From Mycobacterium sp. Aquia_213 (GTDB lineage: Bacteria > Actinomycetota > Actinomycetes > Mycobacteriales > Mycobacteriaceae), in NCBI RefSeq assembly GCF_026625985.1, contig NZ_CP113116.1, forward strand, positions 3,651,073 through 3,683,072: DNA of 32,000 bases. Direction: 5' to 3'. The notes beneath the pieces are model-generated. The model was not told the origin of the DNA. It saw nothing but the letters and a program-made list of their open reading frames with translations, and did not search any database. The position numbers and the translations under genes are program-made. Position 1 is the stretch's first letter. Every line of letters starts with the position of its first letter. Positions 1 through 8,720 of the stretch are shown here, in pieces.

Positions 1-88
1 GCAGGCTGACGTCGACGTCGCCCTCCCCGACGGTCAGCGTCGGGGACAGGTCTCGATCCGAGAAGTCCTCGGAGAAGTCGTCGCTCAT
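1..88 (-). CDS. ruvB: Holliday junction helicase RuvB, first 29 codons only (gene continues off the left edge)
   Basis: The minus-strand ATG at 88..86 overlaps the ruvA stop (ATGA). The translation [29 protein letters not shown] matches the conserved mycobacterial RuvB N-terminus, and the ruvC-ruvA-ruvB order is conserved. Confidence 0.85.
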   Translation of the reverse strand, partial: MSDDFSEDFSDRDLSPTLTVGEGDVDVSL

Positions 89-690
89 TTGGCCTTGCCC
101 AGCAACGACAGCGCAGCCCGTAACGCGTCGGAAGTCGTTGCCTGCTCGCCTTTTTCGCGACTGGCCGCCAGCACGTTGTCGGTGGCGTCCTCGGCCTGCT
201 TGGCCGCGAAGCCCAGACCGACCAGCGCCTCGACCACCGGGCCCCGCACTGTATGGCCGTTGACCGCCGGCGCTGCCGCGCGCGCACCGGCCGTATAGAT
301 CTTGTCGCGCAACTCGAGAACCATACGCTCGGCGCCGCGCTTGCCGATGCCGGGCACCCGGGTCAGCGCGGTGACGTCGCCGTCGGCCAGCGCCTGGCGC
401 AGTGAGTCGGCGTCGTACACGGCCAGGGTCGCCATCGCGAGCCGCGGCCCGACGCCCGACACCGACAGCAGCGTCAGGAACAGGTCGCGGGTCTCGCCGT
501 CAACAAAGCCGTACAGCGTCTGCGAATCCTCGCGCACGATCATCGCGGTGACCAGGCGGGCTTCGCTGCCGAGGCGCAGCGTCGACAGCGTCGACGGCGT
601 CGCGTTCACCCGGTAGCCGACGCCGGCGGCCTCGATCACCACATGATCGAGTGCCACCTCGAGCACCTCACCGCGCACCGAGGCGATCAC
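85..690 (-). CDS. ruvA: Holliday junction DNA helicase subunit RuvA (201 aa, GTG start)
   Basis: The C-terminal 201 aa of track ORF 85..1233 read [28 protein letters not shown]...GVGPRLA...[12 protein letters not shown], a typical RuvA with HhH motifs. The GTG at 690..688 overlaps the ruvC stop (GTGA). The upstream 181 aa of the track ORF are an Arg/Gly-rich shadow of ruvC. Confidence 0.95.
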   Translation of the reverse strand: MIASVRGEVLEVALDHVVIEAAGVGYRVNATPSTLSTLRLGSEARLVTAMIVREDSQTLYGFVDGETRDLFLTLLSVSGVGPRLAMATLAVYDADSLRQALADGDVTALTRVPGIGKRGAERMVLELRDKIYTAGARAAAPAVNGHTVRGPVVEALVGLGFAAKQAEDATDNVLAASREKGEQATTSDALRAALSLLGKAK

Positions 691-1268
691 CGGCCCGCAC
701 CCGCCTTGGCGGCCTTGGCCTTCGCCGCCAACTTGGCCCGGTAGGCCTGGCGTGCTTCGGCGGCCAACGCCTCGGCCGCCGCCATCCGGGCCAGCATCGG
801 CGCTCTCCAGCAATGGCAGATGGCCAGCGCCAGCGCATCGGCCGCGTCGGCCGGCGTCGGTTTGGCTTGCAGTGCAAGGATTCTCGTGACCATCGCGGTG
901 ACCTGAGCCTTGTCGGCGGTGCCGTTGCCGGTGACCGCGGCCTTGACCTCGCTGGGGGTATGGAAGTGCACGTCGATGTCCCGTTTGGCCGCCGCCAGCG
1001 CGATCACGCCACCGGCCTGCGCGGTGCCCATCACCGTCGACACGTTGTGCTGGGCGAACACCCGCTCGATCGCGACCACGTCGGGACGATGCGTATCCAG
1101 CCAATGCTCGACGGCATCGCTGATGGCCAGCAGCCTTTTGGGCAGCGCGGCATCCGACGGGGTACGGACCACGTCGACATCCAGCGCGACGATATTTCGG
1201 CCGCGCCCGCTTTCGACCACGGACAGCCCGCATCGGGTCAGTCCGGGGTCGACGCCCATCACGCGCAT
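687..1268 (-). CDS. ruvC: Crossover junction endodeoxyribonuclease RuvC
   Basis: [14 protein letters not shown]...AIERVF...[13 protein letters not shown] is near-identical to mycobacterial RuvC. I chose the start at MRVMG (1268); an in-frame ATG four codons upstream (1280) is also possible. Confidence 0.93.
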   Translation of the reverse strand: MRVMGVDPGLTRCGLSVVESGRGRNIVALDVDVVRTPSDAALPKRLLAISDAVEHWLDTHRPDVVAIERVFAQHNVSTVMGTAQAGGVIALAAAKRDIDVHFHTPSEVKAAVTGNGTADKAQVTAMVTRILALQAKPTPADAADALALAICHCWRAPMLARMAAAEALAAEARQAYRAKLAAKAKAAKAGAGR

Positions 1269-1307
1269 AGCATGCTCCAACTTCGACTTCTTGAAAATAC
1301 CGCGGCC

Positions 1308-1322
1308 CGAACAGCTGTTCGA
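1308..1322. promoter_or_regulatory. LexA SOS box (Cheo-type GAAC-N4-GTTC), 41-52 nt upstream of ruvC
   Basis: The sequence cGAACAGCTGTTCGA is a perfect 12-nt palindrome at 1309..1320 and matches the mycobacterial consensus TCGAAC-N4-GTTCGA at 11 of 12 defined positions. ruvC is a known LexA-regulated gene in M. tuberculosis. Confidence 0.75.
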
Positions 1323-1325
1323 TAG

Positions 1326-1351
1326 CGTAGCGGTCGGGTCCGACCGCTACG
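1326..1351. repeat. 26-nt near-perfect palindrome (12-bp arms, 2-nt centre) in the ruvC / DUF4178 divergent region
   Basis: The sequence is CGTAGCGGTCGG-gt-CCGACCGCTACG. I checked every arm position by hand and all are complementary. It lies 4 nt from the SOS box. Confidence 0.6.
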
Positions 1352-1430
1352 GACAGGACACGCGGACCCGGGAAAAGCTGTTAACTTAAGCCGACGTTCG
1401 CTCCACCGCCGCGGCGACGGGAGGCCCTGG

Positions 1431-2042
1431 GTGGGAACAGTGCTGGTAGTGCTGGCTGCGGTGCTGTTCGTCGCGTCCGTCGTGGTGCTTGTCATCGCGT
1501 CGCGGCGCCCCAAGGCCGCGGGTCAGCCGCGCGGGCGCCCCGATCCCCTGTCCTTCGACGCGATGCCGCAGTTCGGGCCCCGGCAGCTCGGGCCCGGCGC
1601 CATCGTCAGCTATGGCGGCATCGACTACGTGGTCCGCGGCTCGGTGACGTTCCGCGAGGGACCGTTCGTGTGGTGGGAGCACCTGCTGGAGGGCGGCAAC
1701 CTGCCGACGTGGTTCGCCGTCGAGGAGGACGACGGACGCCTCGAGCTCGTCATGTGGGTCACCCGCAAGGACATCACGTTGCAGCCCGGCGACCAGTACC
1801 TGGTCGACGGGATGGCATTTCACGAGTCGGAACGCGGCCGGGCTTCCTATACGACCGAGGGCACGACGGGCCTGCCGGCCGGCGGCGAGATGGAGTTCGT
1901 CGACTGCGCCAACGCCGACGAGACCGCGCTGCTCTCCTTCGAGCGCTGGGCACCCGGCACGCCCTGGGAGATCTCGACGGGCAAGCCGGTGTCACCGGGC
2001 GAGCTCACCGTCTACCCGGCGCCGACGCCGGGCTCCCCGTAG
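1431..2042 (+). CDS. DUF4178-type single-pass membrane protein (Rv2597-like)
   Basis: GTG start with a GGGAGG SD 6 nt upstream. The N-terminal TM helix is VLVVLAAVLFVASVVVLVIA, followed by a soluble domain (IVSYGGIDYVVRGSVTFREGPFVWWEHLL) typical of DUF4178. Position is syntenic. Confidence 0.85.
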   Translation: MGTVLVVLAAVLFVASVVVLVIASRRPKAAGQPRGRPDPLSFDAMPQFGPRQLGPGAIVSYGGIDYVVRGSVTFREGPFVWWEHLLEGGNLPTWFAVEEDDGRLELVMWVTRKDITLQPGDQYLVDGMAFHESERGRASYTTEGTTGLPAGGEMEFVDCANADETALLSFERWAPGTPWEISTGKPVSPGELTVYPAPTPGSP

Positions 2043-2051
2043 GACCGCGCG

Positions 2052-2564
2052 GTGCCGCTCTATCAACTCGCCGTTGCTCCGGCCGACGTGTCCGGAAGCA
2101 GGCTGCGGCTCGCACTCAACGCGCCCGCACCGCCGCTGCTGGCCAGTCATTCGCTGCGCCATCCCGACGGCGGCGCGCTGCGGCTCGGGGTGCTCGGCGC
2201 CTCACATCTCGTCACGATCGAACACGCCGCCAGCACCTTCTCCGAGCAGGTGTCCTGCACCGCCGACAGCGAGACCGGCAAGCTGCCCGAGCGCGCCGAA
2301 GCCTTCGGCTATTCGCTGGAATCCGCCACCGCCACCCGCGACGAGGCGACGTTTCGCCAACTGGCGCGCGAGCTGCGTGACCGGTGCCGGGGCGAAACCG
2401 CTTGGCTCGGCGGAACTTTCCCCGGCGATGACGCCGCACTGACCGTGCTGGCCGCCGAACCCGACGGCCCCGGCTGGCACTGGCAGACGTGGCACCTGTA
2501 CCCGCAGCGCCCTTCGGGGTCCGGCGGCGTGGTGGTCCACACGGCGAGCCGGTGGCGTCCGTGA
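2052..2564 (+). CDS. Conserved hypothetical protein (Rv2598-like; DUF2617 by recollection)
   Basis: 170-aa ORF with a GTG start 9 nt after the preceding stop. Its stop overlaps the next start (GTGA). It has a high-GC3 coding pattern and no TM segments. Confidence 0.8.
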   Translation: MPLYQLAVAPADVSGSRLRLALNAPAPPLLASHSLRHPDGGALRLGVLGASHLVTIEHAASTFSEQVSCTADSETGKLPERAEAFGYSLESATATRDEATFRQLARELRDRCRGETAWLGGTFPGDDAALTVLAAEPDGPGWHWQTWHLYPQRPSGSGGVVVHTASRWRP

Positions 2565-2992
2565 GCCGCAAGCATCTGTTCTGGCTTGCCGGTGGGCTGG
2601 CCGCGGCGTCGGTGGTGTCGTTGATCGTCGGAATCATCTTGCTGCAGAAGGACATTACGTCCTATATCGCGAGCAACTATCGCGAGTACTCCCGCGACGT
2701 CAACGGAACGCGATACCTCTGCAGCGGATCGCCCGATCAGGTGGCCGACACGCTCGCCGACTATCAAGAACCCGAGGCCCGCGCCGACAACGACAACAAC
2801 GAGTACCTGCGCTACAGCGACAGCATCGTGACCGTCGGCCCGGATGGCAACCACCCGTGCAGCATTCGCGTCGAAAGCCTCAGCGCCGGATACAGCCACG
2901 GCTCCTACATCTTCCTCGGCCCCGGGTTCAGTCCCGGATCGCCGTCGAGCGGTTCCGGCGGTAGCCCCGGCGGCCCGGGCGGAACGAAATAA
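2561..2992 (+). CDS. DUF4247-type single-pass membrane protein (Rv2599-like)
   Basis: I chose the start at GTG 2561 ([28 protein letters not shown]), which overlaps the upstream stop. The protein has a TM helix, a soluble domain and a Gly/Ser/Pro-rich tail. The track ORF extension from 2489 overlaps the previous gene. Confidence 0.8.
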   Translation: MSRKHLFWLAGGLAAASVVSLIVGIILLQKDITSYIASNYREYSRDVNGTRYLCSGSPDQVADTLADYQEPEARADNDNNEYLRYSDSIVTVGPDGNHPCSIRVESLSAGYSHGSYIFLGPGFSPGSPSSGSGGSPGGPGGTK

Positions 2993-3006
2993 CAAAGGAG
3001 ACAACC

Positions 3007-3462
3007 ATGTACCTCGCCTTCGATATCGGAAACGTGGACTTCGACCCCGTCGTCAAAGGCGTCGTCGCGACGCTGTTGTACTTCGTGGTCGGCATGGCGG
3101 TTCTGCTCGTCGGGTTCTACATGGTCGACGTGTTGACCCCGGGCAAGCTGCGCCAGCTGGTGTTCGTCGATCGCCGCCCCAACGCCGTCGTGGTCGCCAG
3201 CGCGATGTATGTCGCGCTCACCACCGTGATCGTCAGCGCCATCGTCAACAGCTACAGCCAGTTGGCTCAGGGGCTCGTCGGCGTGGCGGTGTACGGGATC
3301 ATGGGTGTGATCCTGTTGGGAATCGCGCTGCTGACACTGCATCTGGTGATCCCCGGCAGCTTCCACGAGCACATCGACGAGCCCGAGCTGCATCCCGGGT
3401 CGTTCGCGGTCGCGCTGATGCTGTTGGCCGTCGGAGGAGTCACGGCCGCCGCGGTGTCATGA
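3007..3462 (+). CDS. DUF350 family integral membrane protein (Rv2600-like, YjfL family)
   Basis: ATG preceded by an AAAGGAG SD. The 151-aa protein has about 4 hydrophobic helices, and its stop overlaps the speE-like start (ATGA). Confidence 0.85.
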   Translation: MYLAFDIGNVDFDPVVKGVVATLLYFVVGMAVLLVGFYMVDVLTPGKLRQLVFVDRRPNAVVVASAMYVALTTVIVSAIVNSYSQLAQGLVGVAVYGIMGVILLGIALLTLHLVIPGSFHEHIDEPELHPGSFAVALMLLAVGGVTAAAVS

Positions 3463-5045
3463 CCACCACACAGGAAGCCGCACGGTCCGCGGAGCCGTCG
3501 ACGCGCTGGCGAGCCCTGCTGCTCGCCGCGGTCGCGGCCTGCGCGGCCTGCGGAATCATCTACGAACTGGCACTGCTGACGCTGTCGGCAAGCCTGAACG
3601 GCGGCGGCATCGTCGCCACCTCACTGATCGTCGCGGGCTATATCGCCGCGCTGGGTGTGGGCGCGCTGCTGGTCAAACCGCTGCTGAGGCACGCGGGCAT
3701 CGCCTTCGTCGCCGTCGAGGCGCTGCTGGGCATCATCGGCGGGCTGTCCGCCGCCGCGCTGTATGCCGTGTTCGCGTTCCTCGACGGCGCCACCGGCTCG
3801 ACGTGGGTGCTGGCGCTCGGCACCGCGCTGATCGGCGGCCTGGTCGGCGCCGAGGTGCCGTTGCTGATGACACTGCTGCAGCAGGGGCGGGCCGCCAAAA
3901 ACGCGGCGACCGACACCGGCCGCACGCTGGCCAACCTCAATGCGGCCGACTACCTGGGGGCGTTGGTCGGCGGGTTGGTCTGGCCATTCGCGCTGCTGCC
4001 GCAGCTCGGAATGATCCGCGGCGCGGCGGCCACCGGCGTCATCAACCTGGTCGCGGCGGCCATTGTCGCGATGTTCCTGCTGCGGCGGGTGATCTCGAAG
4101 GCGCAGTTGGCGACGGCATTGTGCGCGCTCGCCGCCGCCCTCGCGCTGTTGGTGGTGCTGCTGGTGCACGCACACGACATCGAAACGACAAGCCGTCAAA
4201 GGCTTTACGCAGATCCGATCATCGCCTACCGGCACACCGCCTACCAGGAGATCGTGGTCACCCGCCGCGACAACGACACCCGGCTGTATCTGGATGGCGG
4301 TTTGCAGTTCTCCACCCGCGACGAATACCGGTACACCGAAAGCCTCGTCTACCCCGCGCTCGGCAAGGGCGCACGCTCGGTGCTGGTCCTGGGCGGCGGC
4401 GACGGGCTGGCGGCCCGAGAGCTGTTGCGCCAGCACGGAATCGACAAGATCGTACAGGTGGAGCTCGATCCCGCGGTGATCGAGATCGCCCGCACCACGC
4501 TGCGCGACGCCAATGCCGGCGCGCTGGACAGCCCGCGGGTCTCCGTCGTGATCGACGACGCGATGCGCTGGCTTCGGTCTTCGGATCCGCGGCTGCGACC
4601 GCCCGGGGGCTTCGACGCGGTCATCGTCGACCTGCCCGACCCGGATACACCGGTGCTGGGCCGGTTGTATTCAACCGAGTTCTATGCCCTTGTCGCGCAT
4701 GCACTTTCACCTAACGGACTCGTTGTGGTCCAGGCGGGCAGCCCGTTTTCCACACCGACCGCGTTCTGGCGCACGGTGTCGACCATGCGTTCCGCGGGAT
4801 ACGCTGTCACGCCGTATCACGTGCACGTGCCGACGTTCGGCGACTGGGGATTCGCGCTGGCGCGCCCCGGCGACGCGGCACCGATACCCATAATGCCTGC
4901 CGACGCGCCGCCGCTGCGCTACCTCAATCCCCAAGTGCTGCAAGCCGCGACGGTGTTCTCCGACGACATCGCGCCGCGCCCGCTCGAACCGTCAACGCTG
5001 GACAACCCGCGCATCGTCGAGGACATGCGGCACGGGTACGACTAG
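3459..5045 (+). CDS. speE: Membrane-anchored polyamine aminopropyltransferase (spermidine synthase-like, 528 aa)
   Basis: The start is [10 protein letters not shown] at ATG 3459. The N-terminal half is polytopic membrane. The C-terminal half carries the spermidine-synthase fold with [15 protein letters not shown] (SAM site), VELDP and VIVDLPDP. Length matches Mtb Rv2601 (about 523 aa). The track ORF extension from 2844 is an artefact. Confidence 0.9.
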   Translation: MTTTQEAARSAEPSTRWRALLLAAVAACAACGIIYELALLTLSASLNGGGIVATSLIVAGYIAALGVGALLVKPLLRHAGIAFVAVEALLGIIGGLSAAALYAVFAFLDGATGSTWVLALGTALIGGLVGAEVPLLMTLLQQGRAAKNAATDTGRTLANLNAADYLGALVGGLVWPFALLPQLGMIRGAAATGVINLVAAAIVAMFLLRRVISKAQLATALCALAAALALLVVLLVHAHDIETTSRQRLYADPIIAYRHTAYQEIVVTRRDNDTRLYLDGGLQFSTRDEYRYTESLVYPALGKGARSVLVLGGGDGLAARELLRQHGIDKIVQVELDPAVIEIARTTLRDANAGALDSPRVSVVIDDAMRWLRSSDPRLRPPGGFDAVIVDLPDPDTPVLGRLYSTEFYALVAHALSPNGLVVVQAGSPFSTPTAFWRTVSTMRSAGYAVTPYHVHVPTFGDWGFALARPGDAAPIPIMPADAPPLRYLNPQVLQAATVFSDDIAPRPLEPSTLDNPRIVEDMRHGYD

Positions 5046-5800
5046 TCGTCCTCGTCGAGAGCGGCCAGCACCTCGTCGGACAGGTCGACGTTGGTCCAGA
5101 CGTTCTGCACGTCGTCGCTGTCTTCGAGGGCGTCGACGAGCTTGATCACCTTGCGGGCACCGTCGACGTCGACCGGCACGCTGACCGACGGCTGGAAGCT
5201 GGCCTCGGCCGAGTCGTAGTCGATGCCGGCGTCCTGCAGCGCGGTGCGCACCGCGACCAGATCGGTCGGCTCGGAGATCACCTCGAAGCTTTCGCCGAGA
5301 TCGTTGACGTCCTCGGCGCCGGCGTCCAGCACCGCGGTCAGCACGTCGTCCTCGGTCAGGCCGTTCTTCTCCAGCGTGACGACGCCCTTGCGGGTGAACA
5401 GGTAGGACACCGATCCCGGATCGGCCATGTTGCCGCCGTTGCGGGTCACCGCCACCCGGACCTCCCCGGCCGCGCGGTTGCGGTTGTCGGTCAGACATTC
5501 GATCAGCACCGCGACGCCGTTGGGCCCGTAGCCCTCGTACATGATCGTCTGGTATTCGGCGCCGCCGGCTTCCTCGCCGGCGCCGCGCTTGCGGGCTCGC
5601 TCGATGTTGTCGTTGGGCACCGAGGTCTTCTTCGCCTTCTGAATGGCGTCATACAGCGTCGGATTGCCCGCCGGGTCACCACCGCCGGTACGCGCCGCCA
5701 CCTCGATGTTCTTGATAAGCCGGGCGAACTCCTTGCCACGGCGCGCGTCCTTGACGGCCTTCTGGTGCTTCGTGGTCGCCCACTTGGAATGGCCGCTCAT
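5042..5800 (-). CDS. YebC/PmpR family DNA-binding transcriptional regulator (Rv2603c-like)
   Basis: [37 protein letters not shown]...[22 protein letters not shown] is the canonical YebC family sequence. ATG start at 5800. Confidence 0.95.
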   Translation of the reverse strand: MSGHSKWATTKHQKAVKDARRGKEFARLIKNIEVAARTGGGDPAGNPTLYDAIQKAKKTSVPNDNIERARKRGAGEEAGGAEYQTIMYEGYGPNGVAVLIECLTDNRNRAAGEVRVAVTRNGGNMADPGSVSYLFTRKGVVTLEKNGLTEDDVLTAVLDAGAEDVNDLGESFEVISEPTDLVAVRTALQDAGIDYDSAEASFQPSVSVPVDVDGARKVIKLVDALEDSDDVQNVWTNVDLSDEVLAALDEDD

Positions 5801-5888
5801 CGTCTTCCTATCTCATTCCTCTTCGTTTACAGGCCAGACGAGTCTACGTGGACGACCGGCGCAGGTTCCCCGGCGACTCCCCGCGGTT

Positions 5889-5939
5889 GTGTGCATTGAC
5901 GCCGACCGGGATGCACACTGACCGCCCTCAATGCACACT
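5889..5939. repeat. Three copies of the (CA)ATGCACAC(T) motif, one inverted and two direct 20 bp apart
   Basis: GTGTGCATTG at 5889..5898 is the reverse complement of CAATGCACAC. ATGCACACT occurs at 5911..5919 and CAATGCACACT at 5929..5939. The array lies in the non-coding gap upstream of the yebC-like gene. Confidence 0.5.
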
Positions 5940-5992
5940 CGCGCGGACCAGGGGTGGTTTGGCGGCGGGCGTATCGGGAGAACCTGGAGAAC

Positions 5993-6142
5993 GTGAATCA
6001 ACCGAAAGAGCCCCAGGACGCCAGAGAGTCGACCGAGGAACAGCGCCAGCTGCAGGAACAACTGGAGCACCAGGGCGACGACCCGGACGCGCCGGGCTTG
6101 CACCAGTCCCAGCGCAACCTCCCGGACGAGAGCACGCGCTAG
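5993..6142 (+). CDS. Candidate small acidic Gln/Glu-rich protein (49 aa; up to 62 aa if it starts at GTG 5954)
   Basis: By hand count, 42 of 49 codons end in G/C while second positions are A-rich, which is the coding signature of this genome. GGAG motifs precede GTG 5993. I recognise no homology. Confidence 0.45.
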   Translation: MNQPKEPQDARESTEEQRQLQEQLEHQGDDPDAPGLHQSQRNLPDESTR

Positions 6143-6735
6143 CTGCGGCCCCGGACGATGTCGACGAACAGCTGATGGATGCGCCGGTCCCCCGTCACCT
6201 CCGGGTGAAACGCCGTCGCCAGCATCGGCCCCTGCCGGACCGCGACCACGTGCCCCCCGGCCCTGGCCAGCACCTGCACGCCGTCCCCGACCCGCTCGAC
6301 CCATGGCGCCCGGATGAACACTCCGCGCACGGGACTGTCCAGACCCGCGAACTCGACGTCGCCTTCGAACGAATCGACCTGACGCCCAAAAGCATTGCGC
6401 CGCACGGTCATATCGATCGCGCGCAGCGGGAGCGCCTGGCGTCCGTTGGCGCCGGCATCAAGGATCTCGCTGGCCAACATGATCATGCCGGCGCATGCGC
6501 CGTAGGCCGGAAGCCCGTCGGCCAGCCGCGCCCGCAACGGCTCGAGCAGGTCGAGGTCTGCCAGCAGGTGGCTCATCGTGGTGGATTCCCCGCCCGGGAT
6601 GACCAGCCCGTCGAGCGCCTCGATCTCGTCGCGGCGGCGCACCGGCATCGACTCGGCTCCCGCGTCGCGCAGCGCGGCCAGGTGTTCCCGGGTGTCGCCC
6701 TGCAGCGCCAAGACCCCGATCCGCGGGCGACTCAC
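6139..6735 (-). CDS. pdxT: Pyridoxal 5'-phosphate synthase glutaminase subunit PdxT
   Basis: [10 protein letters not shown]...[11 protein letters not shown]...ACAGMIML...AFHPE is a class I glutamine amidotransferase of the PdxT type. The GTG start overlaps the tesB stop (GTGA). Confidence 0.95.
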   Translation of the reverse strand: MSRPRIGVLALQGDTREHLAALRDAGAESMPVRRRDEIEALDGLVIPGGESTTMSHLLADLDLLEPLRARLADGLPAYGACAGMIMLASEILDAGANGRQALPLRAIDMTVRRNAFGRQVDSFEGDVEFAGLDSPVRGVFIRAPWVERVGDGVQVLARAGGHVVAVRQGPMLATAFHPEVTGDRRIHQLFVDIVRGRS

Positions 6736-7568
6736 GGCTGGTACCCGCGCTTATAGCGGGTCAACCCCTCCTGCATGACCGCCGCGACCATCTCGCCGGT
6801 CTGGGTGAAGATCTTGCCCTGGCACAGCGCGCGGCCCCCGCTGGCCGACGGCGAGGACTGGTCGTAGAGCAGCCACTCGTCGGCCCGGAACGCGCGCATG
6901 AACCACATCGCGTGGTCCAGCGATGCCACCTGCAGATGCTCACGCACGTCGAGATGGGTGACCTGCGCCGAGCCCAGCAGCGTGAGGTCGCTCATGTAGG
7001 CCAGCGCGCAGATGTGCAGCACCGGGTCGTCCGGCAGCGGGTCGCGGTGACGAAACCAGACCTGCTGCTGAGATGCCTTGCCGGGCAACAACTCCAAACG
7101 ATCGCGCGGCACGATGCAGACGTCCCACTCCTCGAACTGCTTGAAACCGGCATCGTCGAAAACCTTGATCGAGTCCAGCCCCGGCAGACCGTCGGGCGGG
7201 GGCGCGGCCGGCATCGCATCCTGGTGATGGGGGCCTTCCTGGTCGGCATGGAAAGAGGCTCCCATGCTGAAAATGATTTCCCCGTGCTGGATGGCGTTGA
7301 CCCGCCTGGTGGCAAACGAGCCGCCGTCGCGGGAGCGCTCGACGATGAAAACCGTTGGCTCCCTGGGGTCCCCGGGCCGCAGGAAGTAACCGTGCAACGA
7401 GTGCACCTGGTAACGCGGGTCGACGGTGCGCACCGCCGACACCAGCGACTGGCCGGCCACATGACCGCCGAAGGTGCGCTGCAGAAATCCCGATTCCGGG
7501 CTGAAGGTGCTGCCCCGGTAAATGTTGACCTCGAGCTGCTCGAGATCGAGGATCTCTTCGATCGACAC
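6732..7568 (-). CDS. tesB: Acyl-CoA thioesterase II (TesB2-like, 278 aa)
   Basis: [19 protein letters not shown]...[12 protein letters not shown]...SLDHAMWFH-type double hotdog sequence. I chose the GTG start at 7568, 7 nt after the pdxS stop. The longer track ORF overlaps pdxS. Confidence 0.92.
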   Translation of the reverse strand: MSIEEILDLEQLEVNIYRGSTFSPESGFLQRTFGGHVAGQSLVSAVRTVDPRYQVHSLHGYFLRPGDPREPTVFIVERSRDGGSFATRRVNAIQHGEIIFSMGASFHADQEGPHHQDAMPAAPPPDGLPGLDSIKVFDDAGFKQFEEWDVCIVPRDRLELLPGKASQQQVWFRHRDPLPDDPVLHICALAYMSDLTLLGSAQVTHLDVREHLQVASLDHAMWFMRAFRADEWLLYDQSSPSASGGRALCQGKIFTQTGEMVAAVMQEGLTRYKRGYQP

Positions 7569-7575
7569 TGACGGT

Positions 7576-8508
7576 TTACCAGCCGCGCTCGGCCAGGCGG
7601 TGCGGCTCCGCGATCTGCTCGACGTTGATGCCCACCATCGCCTCGCCCAGGCCACGAGAAACCTTGGCCAGCACGTCCGGATCGTCGAAGAAGGTGGTGG
7701 CCTTGACGATCGCGGCGGCGCGCTGCGCGGGATCACCGGACTTGAAGATGCCCGAGCCCACGAACACACCCTCGGCGCCGAGTTGCATCATCATGGCCGC
7801 ATCGGCCGGAGTCGCGATCCCGCCTGCGGTGAACAGAGTGACCGGAAGCTTGCCCGCCCGGGCCACCTCGACCACGAGCTCGTAGGGCGCTTGCAATTCC
7901 TTTGCCGCAACGAACAATTCGTCTTGCGCCAAGGACGTCAGGCGACGGATCTCACCACCGATGGCGCGCATGTGCGTGGTCGCGTTGGACACGTCACCGG
8001 TGCCGGCTTCGCCCTTGGACCGGATCATGGCCGCGCCCTCGTTGATGCGCCGCAGTGCCTCACCGAGATTGGTCGCCCCGCACACGAACGGGACGGTGAA
8101 CTTCCACTTGTCGATGTGGTGGGTGTAGTCGGCGGGGGTGAGCACCTCGGATTCGTCGACGTAATCCACGCCGAGGCTCTGCAGAATCTGCGCCTCGACG
8201 AAATGCCCGATGCGCGCCTTGGCCATCACCGGAATGGTGACCGCGGCGATGATGCCCTCGATCATGTCCGGGTCGCTCATCCGCGACACCCCGCCCTGAG
8301 CGCGGATGTCGGCGGGTACTCGCTCCAGCGCCATGACCGCGACAGCGCCGGCGCCCTCCGCGATGCGGGCCTGCTCCGGGGTGACGACGTCCATAATGAC
8401 GCCGCCCTTGAGCATCTCGGCCATGCCGCGCTTGACGCGCGCCGTTCCCGTCACTGCCTGGCTCGACTGTGCGCCGCTGTCCACTAGCCCCTTCTCTCCT
8501 CGAACCAT
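7576..8508 (-). CDS. pdxS: Pyridoxal 5'-phosphate synthase lyase subunit PdxS
   Basis: [22 protein letters not shown]...[11 protein letters not shown]...FVGSGIFKS is near-identical to Mtb SnzP/PdxS. The longest ORF starts at ATG 8508. An alternative GTG at 8484 is preceded by GAGGAGAGAAGGGG and fits homolog length slightly better. Confidence 0.95.
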   Translation of the reverse strand: MVRGEKGLVDSGAQSSQAVTGTARVKRGMAEMLKGGVIMDVVTPEQARIAEGAGAVAVMALERVPADIRAQGGVSRMSDPDMIEGIIAAVTIPVMAKARIGHFVEAQILQSLGVDYVDESEVLTPADYTHHIDKWKFTVPFVCGATNLGEALRRINEGAAMIRSKGEAGTGDVSNATTHMRAIGGEIRRLTSLAQDELFVAAKELQAPYELVVEVARAGKLPVTLFTAGGIATPADAAMMMQLGAEGVFVGSGIFKSGDPAQRAAAIVKATTFFDDPDVLAKVSRGLGEAMVGINVEQIAEPHRLAERGW

Positions 8509-8720
8509 CGCGCTTCCACTCTAGTGGTGAGTGACAACCGAGTTTTCCCGCCGTTTCCGATCAGTGTTCGACAGCTGTTCAATTGGTGGGTGCGGCGACA
8601 GCCACATTGTGCTACATATTGCGACAGCTATTTGCGCAGGCCGTAGCAGCTGGTGCGAATCAAAGGGGTGCCATCCCTGGTCACACCGGCAGTGGCGGTG
8701 GGCCGAGAAGAGGCTCGGAT

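Noticed and set aside
691-1233. The 181-aa N-terminal extension of the ruvA track ORF (85..1233), which is Arg/Gly-rich.
   Set aside because: It lies entirely over ruvC in another frame. RuvA homology begins exactly at GTG 690, which overlaps the ruvC stop. It is a typical high-GC shadow frame.
2844-3458. A long N-terminal extension of the speE-like ORF (the track gives 733 aa).
   Set aside because: It overlaps the DUF4247 and DUF350 genes out of frame and is Arg-rich and low-complexity. ATG 3459 gives a homolog-consistent 528 aa with an ATGA coupling.
8561-8582. An SOS-box-like sequence CGACAGCTGTTC, sharing the 10-mer ACAGCTGTTC with the real ruvC box, between pdxS and the PPE gene.
   Set aside because: The left half-site reads CGAC instead of GAAC, which is two mismatches in the critical tetranucleotide. 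A LexA ChIP or EMSA could revisit this.
8630-8720. Cobalamin-riboswitch-like fragments (GGTGCGAATC, GGTGCC, and CAGTGGC, which is GCCACTG on the opposite strand) upstream of the PPE gene. This was tempting because a B12 riboswitch precedes PPE2 in M. tuberculosis.
   Set aside because: The elements are in the wrong order and on mixed strands. There is no AGGGAA or CCCGCCACTGT core. It would need cmsearch with RF00174 to be sure, but I do not expect a hit.
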